Made by a program: the position numbers and the translations under genes. Positions 27,673 through 37,136 of a stretch of DNA of 64,000 nucleotides are shown here, one piece after another. The notes under the pieces are model-generated. The model did no database searches, was not told the DNA's origin, and was given only the letters and a program-made list of their open reading frames with translations. This stretch comes from Actinomycetales bacterium (lineage in GTDB: Bacteria; Actinomycetota; Actinomycetes; Actinomycetales; Microbacteriaceae): assembly GCA_015654475.1 (NCBI GenBank), contig JAATGV010000041.1, positions 26,452 through 90,451 of the forward strand, in the 5' to 3' direction. Positions within the stretch are counted from its first letter, which is position 1; each line of letters opens with the position of its first letter.

Positions 27673-28449
27673 CTACATCGCACGGGAACGCCAACGCCCA
27701 AGCACAGTCTGCGCGATGCTCAAAGCGACCGGCCCGGCGGTAGATGTGCGCAGCACTGTGTCCCCGAGAACCGCGACACGGGCTCCGGCGTCCGTCAGCC
27801 GCTCACGTTCTGTGGCATCGATTCCCCCTTCGGGGCCGACGATGATGGCGATGGATGACGCAGCCGACGAATCGGCAACAACATCCGCAAATGCGTCGGT
27901 CGCCGCAGGATCGAGAACGATCAGCGCCTGCGCACATGCCGCAACCCCGGCAAGGTCGGCGAGTTCGTCAACACCGGGGCGTCGCGCGCGCAACGCCTGC
28001 TTGGAGGCCTCCCGCACAATGGTTTCCCACCGTTGCCTTCCGGCCTCGCGCTTGCCTGCATTCCAGCGCGACACGCTACGGGCTGCAGCCCATGGAACGA
28101 TTCGGTCGACACCGACCTCCGTGGCGCCTTGAATCGCGAGCTCATCGCGATCTCCCTTCGCGAGAGCCTGCACAAGAACGAGCTCGGGAGATCGAACGTC
28201 AACGGTGACCACTGCCTCGACCACGACCGCCACCTCGTCGGGTCGGCTCACGGTCACCTGACCTGTGACCACGCGCCCGAATCCGTCGCCAATGCTGATG
28301 TGCTCGCCGACACGAACCCGGCGCACGCGCGCGGCGTGATGCGCTTCGGCGCCACCGATCGACACTATGCCGCCGACTTCGCCGGCCTCAACCTCAGCAG
28401 GAGAGCCGTAGTAGAGTGGCGCGGCAAACCCGTACGCAGAGCCGGCCAT
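27673..28449 (-). CDS. rsmE: 16S rRNA (uracil1498-N3)-methyltransferase RsmE
   Basis: 258 aa. PUA-like N-terminus (HHAARVRRVRVGE) and a C-terminal SPOUT region (IIVGPEGG). Conserved position next to dnaJ. Confidence 0.8.
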   Translation of the reverse strand: MAGSAYGFAAPLYYGSPAEVEAGEVGGIVSIGGAEAHHAARVRRVRVGEHISIGDGFGRVVTGQVTVSRPDEVAVVVEAVVTVDVRSPELVLVQALAKGDRDELAIQGATEVGVDRIVPWAAARSVSRWNAGKREAGRQRWETIVREASKQALRARRPGVDELADLAGVAACAQALIVLDPAATDAFADVVADSSAASSIAIIVGPEGGIDATERERLTDAGARVAVLGDTVLRTSTAGPVALSIAQTVLGRWRSRAM

Positions 28450-28454
28450 CGCGT

Positions 28455-29552
28455 CTAGCCGACAAACCGGTCGCGCAACTTGGCGAACAGACCCTGCTTG
28501 AATTCGGCAAGCTTGGGGGCGTCGTCGTTGCGACTGGCCGCGAACTTGCGGATCAAGTCCTTCTGCTTGGCCGACAACTTCTCAGGAGTGACGACCTGCA
28601 CTCCGACCTTCAGGTCACCGCGACCGCCACCGCGCAAACGCCCAACTCCATGATCCTTGACGGTGATCACCTCGCCGCTCTGCAAACCGGAACGCAGCTG
28701 AACTTCGACGGGGCCGTCGAAGGTGTCGATCGTCGAAGTCGATCCAAGGATCGCCTCGCTCATGGGCACGGTGAGAGTGCAGAGCAGGTCGTTGTCGGAG
28801 CGACTGAAAATGGGATCGTGTGCCACATGCACCTCGATGTACAGGTCGCCGCTCGGGCCGCCGGCCACCCCAGCCTCGCCGTTACCGCTAAGCCGCAACC
28901 GCATGCCGTCCTCTATACCAGCAGGAATCGAGATCTCGATGTCACGCTCTTCGCGCACGCGGCCCTGGCCGGAGCAGGTCACGCACGGCGACTCGATCAC
29001 GGTGCCGAAGCCACGGCAACGGCTGCACGCAACCGAAGTCATCATTGTGCCGAGAAGCGACTGCACCTGACGCTGAATCTGCCCGGTTCCGTTGCACAGG
29101 TCGCATCGCACCGGATAGGTGCCCGGCTGGCAGCACGAGCCATTGCATGTTTCGCACACCACAGCAGTGTCGACCTGAACGCTCTGAGTGGCACCAAAGA
29201 CCACGTCTTTCAGACTCACATCGACCCGCAGAAGCGCATCCTGCCCACGCTGAGCCCGGGACGCCGGACCACGCGACTGGCCGCCACCACCGAAGAACGC
29301 GCTGAAAATATCGCTGAAGCCGAACTGGTCTCCGCCGTTCGCGCCACCGTTGTCGTACGCCTCGCGCTGCTCGGGGTTTGACAGCACTTCATAGGCGTAC
29401 GTCACCATCTTGAACCGCTCCTGCGCTTCTGGGGCAGGATTGACGTCAGGGTGCAGATCGCGCGCTAGCCTGCGGTACGCCTTCTTGATCTCGTCAAGGC
29501 TTGCATCACGCGAGACGCCGAGCGTCGCGTAGTGATCAATCGTTTCTGGCAC
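28455..29552 (-). CDS. dnaJ: molecular chaperone DnaJ
   Basis: J domain with HPD, and four CxxCxG zinc-finger repeats (CETCNGSC, CDLCNGTG, CSRCRGFG, CVTCSGQG). Confidence 0.95.
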   Translation of the reverse strand: MPETIDHYATLGVSRDASLDEIKKAYRRLARDLHPDVNPAPEAQERFKMVTYAYEVLSNPEQREAYDNGGANGGDQFGFSDIFSAFFGGGGQSRGPASRAQRGQDALLRVDVSLKDVVFGATQSVQVDTAVVCETCNGSCCQPGTYPVRCDLCNGTGQIQRQVQSLLGTMMTSVACSRCRGFGTVIESPCVTCSGQGRVREERDIEISIPAGIEDGMRLRLSGNGEAGVAGGPSGDLYIEVHVAHDPIFSRSDNDLLCTLTVPMSEAILGSTSTIDTFDGPVEVQLRSGLQSGEVITVKDHGVGRLRGGGRGDLKVGVQVVTPEKLSAKQKDLIRKFAASRNDDAPKLAEFKQGLFAKLRDRFVG

Positions 29553-29609
29553 AAAAATCCTCTCAACTGTGCATCAGTTCTTGAGTTGGTACTGGTACTA
29601 GTACGTTTA

Positions 29610-30626
29610 CTAATCTTCGAAAAGCCGAGACAAATAGATTGCGACAGCACGGACGGCTGCCATATTGCGCGAATACTCCATTCGGATCGGCCCGACAACT
29701 CCAAGCTTTGCCACCTCTGTATTACCTGCTTCATACCCTCCGGCAACGACCGACGCCTCGACGAGGCCAGACACCGTGTTCTCATGTCCGATGCGCACCG
29801 AGACGCCCCGATGCGGCGCCTCCATCTCGCTCATCAGGCGCAACATCACCACATGCTCTTCGATAGCTTCAAGAATCGGCGAGACTGAACCGGTGAAGTC
29901 ATTGCCGCGGCGAATCAGGTTTGCGGTTCCCGCGACGACGAGCCGCTCAGTGCGAGTGTCGTCGACCAGACCGGCGAGGCCATCGAGCACTGCCACGGCC
30001 AACGGCGCCATCTCAGGCCCAACGACTTCGACCACAGCGGCGCGGTTGGCGTCAAGTGAGGTAAGCAGTTGCCCCATCAAGAACCTGTTGACCACAGCCC
30101 GCACCTGCGCGAGCGACTCTGGTTCGCATCTGGGGGTCTCGATCACACGCTGATAAATGCGGCCGCTATCCAGAATCAAAATGAGAAGAACATGCGTTTC
30201 CGACTCCGCGACCAACTCGATATGACGCACTTGCAAGCGCCCGAGAGATGGGTATTGCACGATCGCAAGTTGCTGTGTCAGCTGGGCGAGTATACGCACC
30301 GATCGGTCGAGCGCGTCCTCGAGGTCGGCCGACGTGTCTAAGAAGGAGTGGATGGCGCGCTTCTGCACCTCAGTCAGGCCGGAGAGACGCTGAATGTTGT
30401 CGACGAAGACGCGATACCCTTTGTCTGTCGGTATGCGGCCGGCGCTCGTGTGGGGCGCAGCAATCAACTCTTCTTCTTCGAGTTGTGCCATGTCGTTTCG
30501 GATGGTCGCAGCCGAAACGCCAAAGCTGTGGTTGTCGACAATCGTCTTCGAGCCAACAGGTTCGCGAGTCGACACGTAGTCCTCAACAATGGCTTGAAGG
30601 ACTTTCAGACCACGTTCGGTTGGCAC
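29610..30626 (-). CDS. hrcA: heat-inducible transcription repressor HrcA
   Basis: N-terminus ERGLKVLQAIVEDYVSTREPVGSK. GTG start, with CIRCE immediately upstream. Confidence 0.95.
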   Translation of the reverse strand: MPTERGLKVLQAIVEDYVSTREPVGSKTIVDNHSFGVSAATIRNDMAQLEEEELIAAPHTSAGRIPTDKGYRVFVDNIQRLSGLTEVQKRAIHSFLDTSADLEDALDRSVRILAQLTQQLAIVQYPSLGRLQVRHIELVAESETHVLLILILDSGRIYQRVIETPRCEPESLAQVRAVVNRFLMGQLLTSLDANRAAVVEVVGPEMAPLAVAVLDGLAGLVDDTRTERLVVAGTANLIRRGNDFTGSVSPILEAIEEHVVMLRLMSEMEAPHRGVSVRIGHENTVSGLVEASVVAGGYEAGNTEVAKLGVVGPIRMEYSRNMAAVRAVAIYLSRLFED

Positions 30627-30650
30627 TGCTCACTTCCTTTCCGCACAGAA

Positions 30651-30677
30651 TTGGCACTCGATACAACCGAGTGCCAA
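30651..30677. promoter_or_regulatory. CIRCE operator (HrcA binding site)
   Basis: TTGGCACTC-N9-GAGTGCCAA, compared with the consensus TTAGCACTC-N9-GAGTGCTAA. It lies 25 nt upstream of the hrcA start. Confidence 0.85.
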
Positions 30678-30769
30678 TTCTACTCGCGATCTGGCAAACT
30701 GGCAGGTTTGTCGTACCGCCAAAGGGCTGTTGCGGTGGGTGCTGCCAGGCCCTACTCTGGGCGGGACCA

Positions 30770-30775
30770 TAGAAT
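30770..30775 (+). promoter_or_regulatory. -10-like hexamer TAGAAT upstream of the first DUF4870 gene
   Basis: Sequence match only, 75 nt upstream of ATG 30850. Confidence 0.3.
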
Positions 30776-30849
30776 TTCGTGTGAGGTGAAAATCTCATGC
30801 CACGAAACTATGCGCAGGACCGTGCTTTTCGCGAGCGAAAGGATCCACC

Positions 30850-31338
30850 ATGTCTGACCCAAATGCCGCGCCTCCTCCTGGCGGATATCCACCGCCCCAG
30901 CCCGGCTACCAGCCCGCACCGACAGGCCTCCCCCTCAGCGCTGAGCAAGAGAAACAGTATTCCTTTTGGGCGCATCTGGGCGGAATCATCGGGTTCCTCC
31001 CTTCCCTCATCATCTATTTGGTGTTCAAAGACCGCAGCAACCCGGCCAATCCGATCCAAGTCAGGAACGAGGCCAAAGAAGCGCTGAATTGGCAGATCAC
31101 TATCACGATCGCTTCGATAGTGGTGAGCATCGTTGTCAGTATCATCAGCGGGATTGTACTCGCGGCCGCACTTGCCGCCGGTGGGTATGGCGTGGGAGTG
31201 GGACTGACGGGATTGCTCGGCCTCATCGCCTGGGTGCCGTGGATCTATAACGTCGTCATCTCCATCGTCGCCGCGGTAACCGTCAATGGCGGCCAGCCCG
31301 GGTACCGATACCCATTCGCTTTCCGCTTCATCAAATAG
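30850..31338 (+). CDS. DUF4870-family membrane protein with a Pro/Gly/Tyr-rich N-terminus
   Basis: WAHLGGIIGFLPSLIIYLVFKDRS...VRNEAKEALNWQITITI and a C-terminal YRYPFAFRFIK. RBS AAAGGA. Confidence 0.7.
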   Translation: MSDPNAAPPPGGYPPPQPGYQPAPTGLPLSAEQEKQYSFWAHLGGIIGFLPSLIIYLVFKDRSNPANPIQVRNEAKEALNWQITITIASIVVSIVVSIISGIVLAAALAAGGYGVGVGLTGLLGLIAWVPWIYNVVISIVAAVTVNGGQPGYRYPFAFRFIK

Positions 31339-31393
31339 CCGTATCCGTCTAGTGAGTTCGGCATCATCCTGCCCAAGCGCTCCCGACTCGGCC

Positions 31394-31567
31394 GAACAGG
31401 GCTGAATGGAGCAAAGCTGAGCGGAACAGGGCTGAATGGAGCAAAACCCGACAGCCACCCCAACTCCGCCCAATCGAACAGAGCAAAACCCGACAGATCC
31501 GGCCGACTTTTGTCGGGTTTTGCTCCGTTCAGCAGGGATGTCTCGGAACAGATGTCGGGTTTTGCTC
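31394..31567. repeat. Repeat cluster: 22-bp direct repeat GAACAGGGCTGAATGGAGCAAA twice, plus four copies (2 forward, 2 inverted) of GAGCAAAACCCGACAG
   Basis: Forward copies at 31439-31454 and 31481-31496; inverted copies at 31511-31525 and 31553-31567. Related hairpin at 59974-60022. Confidence 0.85.
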
Positions 31568-31602
31568 CGTTCGGGCTGAGACTTGCATCCGCCACACCCG
31601 GG

Positions 31603-31662
31603 TTAGCTAGGTCTGCATTAGCTAGGTCCACATTAGCTAGGTTCGCGTTGGCTAAGCTTGAG
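31603..31662. repeat. 4 x 15-bp tandem array TTAGCTAGGTNNNNN, each unit containing the palindrome TAGCTA
   Basis: Units TTAGCTAGGTCTGCA, TTAGCTAGGTCCACA, TTAGCTAGGTTCGCG and TTGGCTAAGCTTGAG. The array ends 29 bp before the start of the second DUF4870 gene. Confidence 0.8.
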
Positions 31663-31690
31663 GGGTTCTTGTCTGGTGGAGGAGGCGGTT

Positions 31691-32143
31691 GTGCCAGATT
31701 TTGTCGATCGATCTCAGGGCACCGACCCATCCACCACTCCGGGCACCGCACCGAATCCGCAGCAGCCACGCCCCAAGCCAGCGCTCACTCCGAGTCAAGA
31801 CGAGCGTTGGGCTCTTGTAGCCCACGCCGGCGGCGTAGTCGGCTTTCTGCCTGCGTTGCTGGTGTATTTCACGCTTGGTGACCGCGGCGACCGCACCCGC
31901 ACCGAATCCGCAGAGGCGCTGAATTTTCAGGCGACGATCGCGGTGCCAGCAATTGTGCTGTATATCGTGTCGGGATTCGTCACCGGCATCCCCGGATTCG
32001 GATGGATCATAGGCAACATATTCTGGGCCCTGGCCGGGGTGCTTCTCATCCTTAGCGCCATTTTCAGCATCATTGCTGCAGTCGCCGTGTGGCGCAGGGG
32101 CACATACCGTTACCCACTCGCAATTCGGCTCATCGGAAAGTAA
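31691..32143 (+). CDS. DUF4870-family membrane protein (paralog of 30850..31338)
   Basis: WALVAHAGGVVGFLPALLVYFTLGDRGD...ESAEALNFQATIAV and a C-terminal YRYPLAIRLIGK. Start set at GTG 31691, after a GGAGGAGG RBS. Confidence 0.7.
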   Translation: MPDFVDRSQGTDPSTTPGTAPNPQQPRPKPALTPSQDERWALVAHAGGVVGFLPALLVYFTLGDRGDRTRTESAEALNFQATIAVPAIVLYIVSGFVTGIPGFGWIIGNIFWALAGVLLILSAIFSIIAAVAVWRRGTYRYPLAIRLIGK

Positions 32144-32167
32144 CGACCAGCGCAGCAGCTGTAAGCG

Positions 32168-33394
32168 CTAATCCCCGAGCAGCCGGCGAACGACCAGGTC
32201 GGCGAGCATACGACCGCGCAGAGTCAGCACGATTCGAGCATCGCCGCGGCCAACATCCACCGCCTCGATAAGACCCTCGCGAGCCAGCTCCGACACAGTG
32301 GACGCGGGTGCCCCCGAGTCCACCACCGGTATGCCTCGAGCCAGCCGGGTTTCGAGCAGCACCCGCTCCTCGTGCCGCGTGGCCGAGTCGAGTATCTCGC
32401 GCGCGGCAGCGGGAGATACGCCAGACAAAACGCGCTGCCCGTACGCCGCCGGGTGTTTGACATTCCACCAGCGCACTCCCCCAATGTGGCTGTGCGCACC
32501 AGGACCGATGCCCCACCAGTCCTCATCCGTCCAATACGACAGGTTGTGCCGCGACTCGTGCCCCGGCTTCGCCCAGTTCGACAACTCGTACCAGCCATAC
32601 CCCGCAGCCGCCAGCCGAGCATCCAGCCACTCGTATTTATCTGCCTCGAGGTCATCGTCAGGCTCGGGCACCTCCCCGCGACGAATCTGCCTCGCGAGCC
32701 TGGTGCCCTCCTCGACAATGAGTGCATACGCCGACAGGTGGTCAGGCTGGCACGCAAGCGCCGCCTCGACGCTTACCCGCCAATCATCCATCGACTCACC
32801 AGGCGTGCCATAGATCAAGTCGAGCGAAACATCGAGACCCGCCTCGCGCGCCCACTCGACGACCTGCGGCACACGTTCGGGGTTGTGCGTGCGGTCAAGC
32901 ACCGCAAGGACATGCGGCACAGCCGACTGCATGCCGAACGAGATACGGGTGAACCCCGCATCGGCAAGGCGATGGATGCTTGCGCGATCCACCGAGTCGG
33001 GGTTCGCCTCAGTCGTGACCTCGGCACCGTGGACAATTCCCCACTCGCGGCGCACCGCATCGAGCATCAGTGCCAGATCGTCTACAGGGAGAAGGGTCGG
33101 GGTTCCGCCACCGACGAAAACCGTCGAAACTGGGCGCTCAGCAACACCGGATTCGCGTAGGACGCGGCCCGCAAACCCCACCTCAGTCGCTGCCTGAGCG
33201 GCATACTCGGAACGCTTAGCGCCCCGCAACTCTTCCGCTGTATACGTGTTGAAATCGCAATACCCGCAGCGCACGCGACAGAACGGCACATGCAAGTACA
33301 CGCCGAAATCGCGACCACGGTCGCCCTCGGCTGCCGATGCGGGAAGCAACCCGTCTGCGGGCGCGACATCGCCCTCTGGCAAGGCGGAACCCAC
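32168..33394 (-). CDS. hemW: radical SAM heme chaperone HemW (coproporphyrinogen III oxidase-like)
   Basis: Radical SAM motif CRVRCGYCDF. Conserved position downstream of lepA. Confidence 0.9.
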   Translation of the reverse strand: MGSALPEGDVAPADGLLPASAAEGDRGRDFGVYLHVPFCRVRCGYCDFNTYTAEELRGAKRSEYAAQAATEVGFAGRVLRESGVAERPVSTVFVGGGTPTLLPVDDLALMLDAVRREWGIVHGAEVTTEANPDSVDRASIHRLADAGFTRISFGMQSAVPHVLAVLDRTHNPERVPQVVEWAREAGLDVSLDLIYGTPGESMDDWRVSVEAALACQPDHLSAYALIVEEGTRLARQIRRGEVPEPDDDLEADKYEWLDARLAAAGYGWYELSNWAKPGHESRHNLSYWTDEDWWGIGPGAHSHIGGVRWWNVKHPAAYGQRVLSGVSPAAAREILDSATRHEERVLLETRLARGIPVVDSGAPASTVSELAREGLIEAVDVGRGDARIVLTLRGRMLADLVVRRLLGD

Positions 33395-33397
33395 CGG

Positions 33398-35257
33398 CTA
33401 CTTCTTATCTTTTTTGCCAGAGTCGTCACTCGAAAGAGCAGCGATGAACGCATTCTGCGGCACTTCGACGCGGCCGATCATCTTCATCCGCTTCTTGCCC
33501 TCCTTCTGCTTCTCCAACAGTTTGCGTTTGCGGGTGATGTCGCCGCCGTAGCACTTGGCCAGCACGTCCTTGCGCAACGCCCGGATCGTCTCGCGAGCGA
33601 TGACTCGCGCCCCGATCGTCGCCTGAATAGGCACCTCAAACTGCTGCCTTGGGATAAGGCTACGCAGCTTTCCGGTCATCAACACCCCATAGGCATAGGC
33701 CTTGTCGCGATGCACGATGGCGCTGAACGCATCCACCCTGTCGCCTTGCAGCAGAATGTCGACCTTCACAAGGTCGGCCTCCTGTTTGCCCGTCTGCTCA
33801 TAGTCGAGCGAGGCATAGCCTTGCGTGCGGCTCTTGAGCTGGTCGAAAAAGTCGAACACGATTTCGCCGAGCGGCAACGTGTAACGCATCTCCACGCGAT
33901 CTTCGCCAAGGTAGTCCATGCCCTGCATGGTGCCGCGACGACTTTGGCACAGCTCCATGATCGCCCCGACGTACGACTTGGGCGACAAAATGGTCGCCCG
34001 CACAACGGGTTCGGACACCGACTTGATCTTGCCCTCGGGGAATTCCGATGGATTCGTCACCACAGCGACCTTGCCGTCGTCGGTCGTCACCTCGTAAATC
34101 ACCGAAGGCTGGGTAGCAATCAGGTCGAGGCCGAACTCGCGCTCGAGCCGCTCAGTAATGATCTCCAGATGAAGCAGCCCCAAGAATCCACACCGGAAAC
34201 CGAACCCGAGCGCGACAGATGTCTCTGGTTCGTAGACCAACGACGCGTCGGAGAGTTTCAGTTTGTCGAGCGCCTCACGGAGCACCGGATAATCGCTGCC
34301 GTCGATCGGGTAAATGCCCGAGAACACCATCGGCTTCGGCTCGGCATAGCCTTTGAGCGCGACGGATGCGGGCCTAGCCTGGGTCGTCACCGTGTCGCCG
34401 ACTTTGGACTGACGCACATCTTTCACGCCGGTGATGATGTAGCCGACCTCGCCTACTCCGAGACCGCCGGTCGGGGTCGGCTCCGGCGACGACACCCCGA
34501 TCTCAAGAATCTCGTGCACTGCGCGGGTCGACATCATCTGCACACGCTCGCGCGGCCGCAGACTGCCATCGATCATGCGAACATACGTCACGACACCGCG
34601 GTACGGATCGTAGACCGAATCGAAGATCATCGCCCGTGCGGGACCATCCGCATCCCCGGAAGGAGCAGGCACCTTCTCGACGATGCGATCCAGAAGTTCG
34701 ACAACGCCAGCGCCCGTCTTGCCCGAGACCCGGAACACCTCGGACGGGTCACACCCGATCAGGGCCGCGAGCTCTCCGGCATATTTGTCGGGCTCTGCTG
34801 CGGGAAGGTCGATCTTGTTGAGCACTGGGATGATCTCAAGGTCGTTGCCGAGAGCGAGATACAGGTTGGCCAGGGTCTGCGCCTCGATGCCTTGCGCGGC
34901 ATCCACGAGCAGAATGGCACCCTCGCAGGCTGCAAGAGAGCGCGACACTTCATATGTGAAGTCGACATGGCCCGGGGTGTCGATCATATTCAGGGCGAAT
35001 GCCTCGCCGTCCACAGCCCAGGGCATGCGTACGGCCTGACTCTTGATGGTGATGCCACGCTCACGCTCGATATCCATCCGGTCGAGGTACTGGGCACGCA
35101 TGTCACGGTCGGAGACGATTCCGGTGATTTGCAGCATTCTGTCGGCGAGCGTCGACTTTCCGTGGTCGATGTGCGCGATGATGCAAAAATTGCGGATGCG
35201 TGACGCCTCTGTCGCCCCTGGCTTCAGTTGGGCAGCTTGTTCGTCGGTTACGTGCAC
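33398..35257 (-). CDS. lepA: translation elongation factor 4 (LepA)
   Basis: [22 protein letters not shown] and the full EF4 domain order. Start set at GTG 35257 (619 aa); the upstream part of ORF 33398..35437 is repeat sequence. Confidence 0.9.
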   Translation of the reverse strand: MHVTDEQAAQLKPGATEASRIRNFCIIAHIDHGKSTLADRMLQITGIVSDRDMRAQYLDRMDIERERGITIKSQAVRMPWAVDGEAFALNMIDTPGHVDFTYEVSRSLAACEGAILLVDAAQGIEAQTLANLYLALGNDLEIIPVLNKIDLPAAEPDKYAGELAALIGCDPSEVFRVSGKTGAGVVELLDRIVEKVPAPSGDADGPARAMIFDSVYDPYRGVVTYVRMIDGSLRPRERVQMMSTRAVHEILEIGVSSPEPTPTGGLGVGEVGYIITGVKDVRQSKVGDTVTTQARPASVALKGYAEPKPMVFSGIYPIDGSDYPVLREALDKLKLSDASLVYEPETSVALGFGFRCGFLGLLHLEIITERLEREFGLDLIATQPSVIYEVTTDDGKVAVVTNPSEFPEGKIKSVSEPVVRATILSPKSYVGAIMELCQSRRGTMQGMDYLGEDRVEMRYTLPLGEIVFDFFDQLKSRTQGYASLDYEQTGKQEADLVKVDILLQGDRVDAFSAIVHRDKAYAYGVLMTGKLRSLIPRQQFEVPIQATIGARVIARETIRALRKDVLAKCYGGDITRKRKLLEKQKEGKKRMKMIGRVEVPQNAFIAALSSDDSGKKDKK

Positions 35258-35378
35258 CGTCCTATTCTGCCAGGTGTCGGCGAAAACGCGTTGCCAGGCT
35301 CGACGGGCGAGCCGGTGCACTCGTTGCCGTGCAGGCCTGACAATGGGGGAAACACCCGTCTCGGCGCACTCGCCGCGA

Positions 35379-35427
35379 TGCAAGCTCTCCACCGTGCGAG
35401 CTCCGTGCAAGCTCTCTACCGTGCGAG
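35379..35427. repeat. 22-bp direct repeat TGCAAGCTCTCYACCGTGCGAG twice (27-bp period)
   Basis: Copies at 35379-35400 and 35406-35427, read directly. Confidence 0.8.
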
Positions 35428-35441
35428 TTCGCGCCAACTTA

Positions 35442-35558
35442 TGCAGACGCCCCCACGTTACCGACCTACGTCCAACGAAACCATGTCACATCCGTAACAA
35501 GACGCTACTCCAGCCCCACCTCGTTGAGAAGATCAGAGTTCGCGTGGGGGCGTCTGCA
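35442..35558. repeat. 117-bp MITE/REP-like element with 15-bp termini TGCAGACGCCCCCAC / GTGGGGGCGTCTGCA
   Basis: Perfect terminal inverted repeat read directly. Confidence 0.85.
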
Positions 35559-35612
35559 CATTATGCCAAGACCAGACCGGTCTCTCGATGTCGTTCGAAG
35601 GTGCGGTGCCTC

Positions 35613-35675
35613 GGGTGGTCTGGGATGGGTGGGACGGATGGGATGGGCGGGAAAGCGCGGGTGGGATGAGATGGG
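35613..35675 (+). other. G-tract-rich segment (about 10 GGG runs), candidate G-quadruplex
   Basis: GGGTGGTCTGGGATGGGTGGGACGGATGGGATGGGCGGGAAAGCGCGGGTGGGATGAGATGGG. Confidence 0.4.
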
Positions 35676-35777
35676 CGGCATGGACCGAACCGGACGATTG
35701 GAGCGGGACAGGTCAAACTGAACGCTGAACGGCTGGGGTGGTTGAAACCAGGACGGAATTGCTCGGATGGGCCCGAT

Positions 35778-36923
35778 TCAGTCTGCCGGTGCGGGGATGC
35801 GGGAAAGGGCTTCAAGCAATTCGGCGCGGTCACCAGCAAGACTGATACGCACCCATCCCTCGCCGTGCGGGCCAAAGGCCGACCCTGGGGCAAGCCCAAC
35901 TTTTGCCTCATCGAGAAACCGCAACGTCCACGCATGCACGTCGCCTTTGGAGAGATGCGAAACATCGAGCCACAGGTAAAACGCGCCAGACGGGGTGAGG
36001 AATCGAAATCCGCGCGGGGCGAGTGCCGCTGCCGCCTCTGCGGCGGCCTTCTCATAAAAGTCTCGCGCATGAGTGACGTAATCCTGCGGCCCGGTCAATG
36101 CCGCGACTCCTGCCCATTGCGCCGGTGGATTGATGCACGAGACCGTCGACTCCTGCACGGCGTTCAGAGTGTGTGACATCCCTGGCGGGGTGATCACCCA
36201 ACCGAGACGCACTCCCGTCATTCCGTATGTCTTGGAGAATGAGTACACGGCGAACACTCGGCCGTCGGTGTCGATCGTGGTCGGGCTCACGTGAGGCTCA
36301 CCGAAGGTGAACGCCGAGTAGCATTCGTCAGAGATCAGCCACAGGTCATGCTTCCGCGCAAGCTCATAGACCTCCTCGACCAGCGGCCCAGGGATGACCG
36401 AGCCGAGTGGATTTGATGGCGAGTTCAGCAGAATCGCCTTGGTCCGTGGCGTGATGAGCGCCTCGATGTCGGCGACGCTCGGCAGGAAGTCGTTCTCGGG
36501 CAGCAGCGGATAACGCACCGAACGTGCCTGCAACAAGTGCGGCGCCATCTCAAAAATGGTGTACCCGGGATCGGGTATGAGTATCTCGTCACCTGCGCCA
36601 AGAACAAGCGAGAGAGCGAGATGCATGCCCTGGACGGCACCTGCCGTCACCATGACCTGCTCGTCGGCGACCCGCACGCCATAGTCCCGTTCGTACGTGG
36701 CAGTGATCGCCTGCTTGAGCGCAGGGATTCCGGCGTTCGCCTGGTAGCGCACGTCCCCCCGCCGCCAGGCTTCGATCGCCGCCTCGGTGACGTGTGGCGC
36801 CAACTCGAACTGCGGCTCACCGACGCTCAAAACGATGGCTCCGGGGGTGGACCACGCACGTTCGGTGATGAGACGGATTCCAGATTCGGGCTGGGACTGG
36901 ATGTGGGCGGCGAGTTGTGGCAT
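35778..36923 (-). CDS. pyridoxal-phosphate-dependent aminotransferase, class I/II (AspC-like)
   Basis: 381 aa with SFSKTYGMTGVRLGW (PLP lysine region) and NPSNPLG. Confidence 0.85.
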   Translation of the reverse strand: MPQLAAHIQSQPESGIRLITERAWSTPGAIVLSVGEPQFELAPHVTEAAIEAWRRGDVRYQANAGIPALKQAITATYERDYGVRVADEQVMVTAGAVQGMHLALSLVLGAGDEILIPDPGYTIFEMAPHLLQARSVRYPLLPENDFLPSVADIEALITPRTKAILLNSPSNPLGSVIPGPLVEEVYELARKHDLWLISDECYSAFTFGEPHVSPTTIDTDGRVFAVYSFSKTYGMTGVRLGWVITPPGMSHTLNAVQESTVSCINPPAQWAGVAALTGPQDYVTHARDFYEKAAAEAAAALAPRGFRFLTPSGAFYLWLDVSHLSKGDVHAWTLRFLDEAKVGLAPGSAFGPHGEGWVRISLAGDRAELLEALSRIPAPAD

Positions 36924-36998
36924 CCCTCAATGTTACGCGGGCTGCGACGAGTGGATGTGGCCGCCGACGCCGGCTAGATCGATGCGGCCTTTTCGATC

Positions 36999-37020
36999 GG
37001 TCACCTGGAGTTCACATTGA
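36999..37020 (+). promoter_or_regulatory. Candidate PHO box: two 11-nt direct repeat units GGTCACCTGGA GTTCACATTGA
   Basis: Matches the actinobacterial PhoP direct-repeat core G(G/T)TCAC. It lies 117 nt upstream of the alkaline phosphatase start. Confidence 0.4.
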
Positions 37021-37136
37021 GTCCGCATGCCATACACATGGATCCATCAGCATAGGTGCCGACCGGTCATTCGTCTCACACACCTCTTTCACTGTGACCG
37101 ATCGCTGACCGAACACCACCAGGAGGAAAAACCATC

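Noticed and set aside
31245-31769. 174 aa minus-strand ORF with a pentapeptide-like ANANLANVDLANADLANPG stretch
   Set aside because: The repeat-like peptide is simply the translation of the 15-bp TTAGCTAGG DNA array. The ORF spans intergenic repeat elements and overlaps both DUF4870 genes.
33290-35203. 637 aa plus-strand ORF
   Set aside because: It is fully antisense to lepA, which has unmistakable EF4 motifs. The translation is Arg/His/Leu-rich with no recognisable domain. Long antisense ORFs of this kind are a normal artefact of high GC content.
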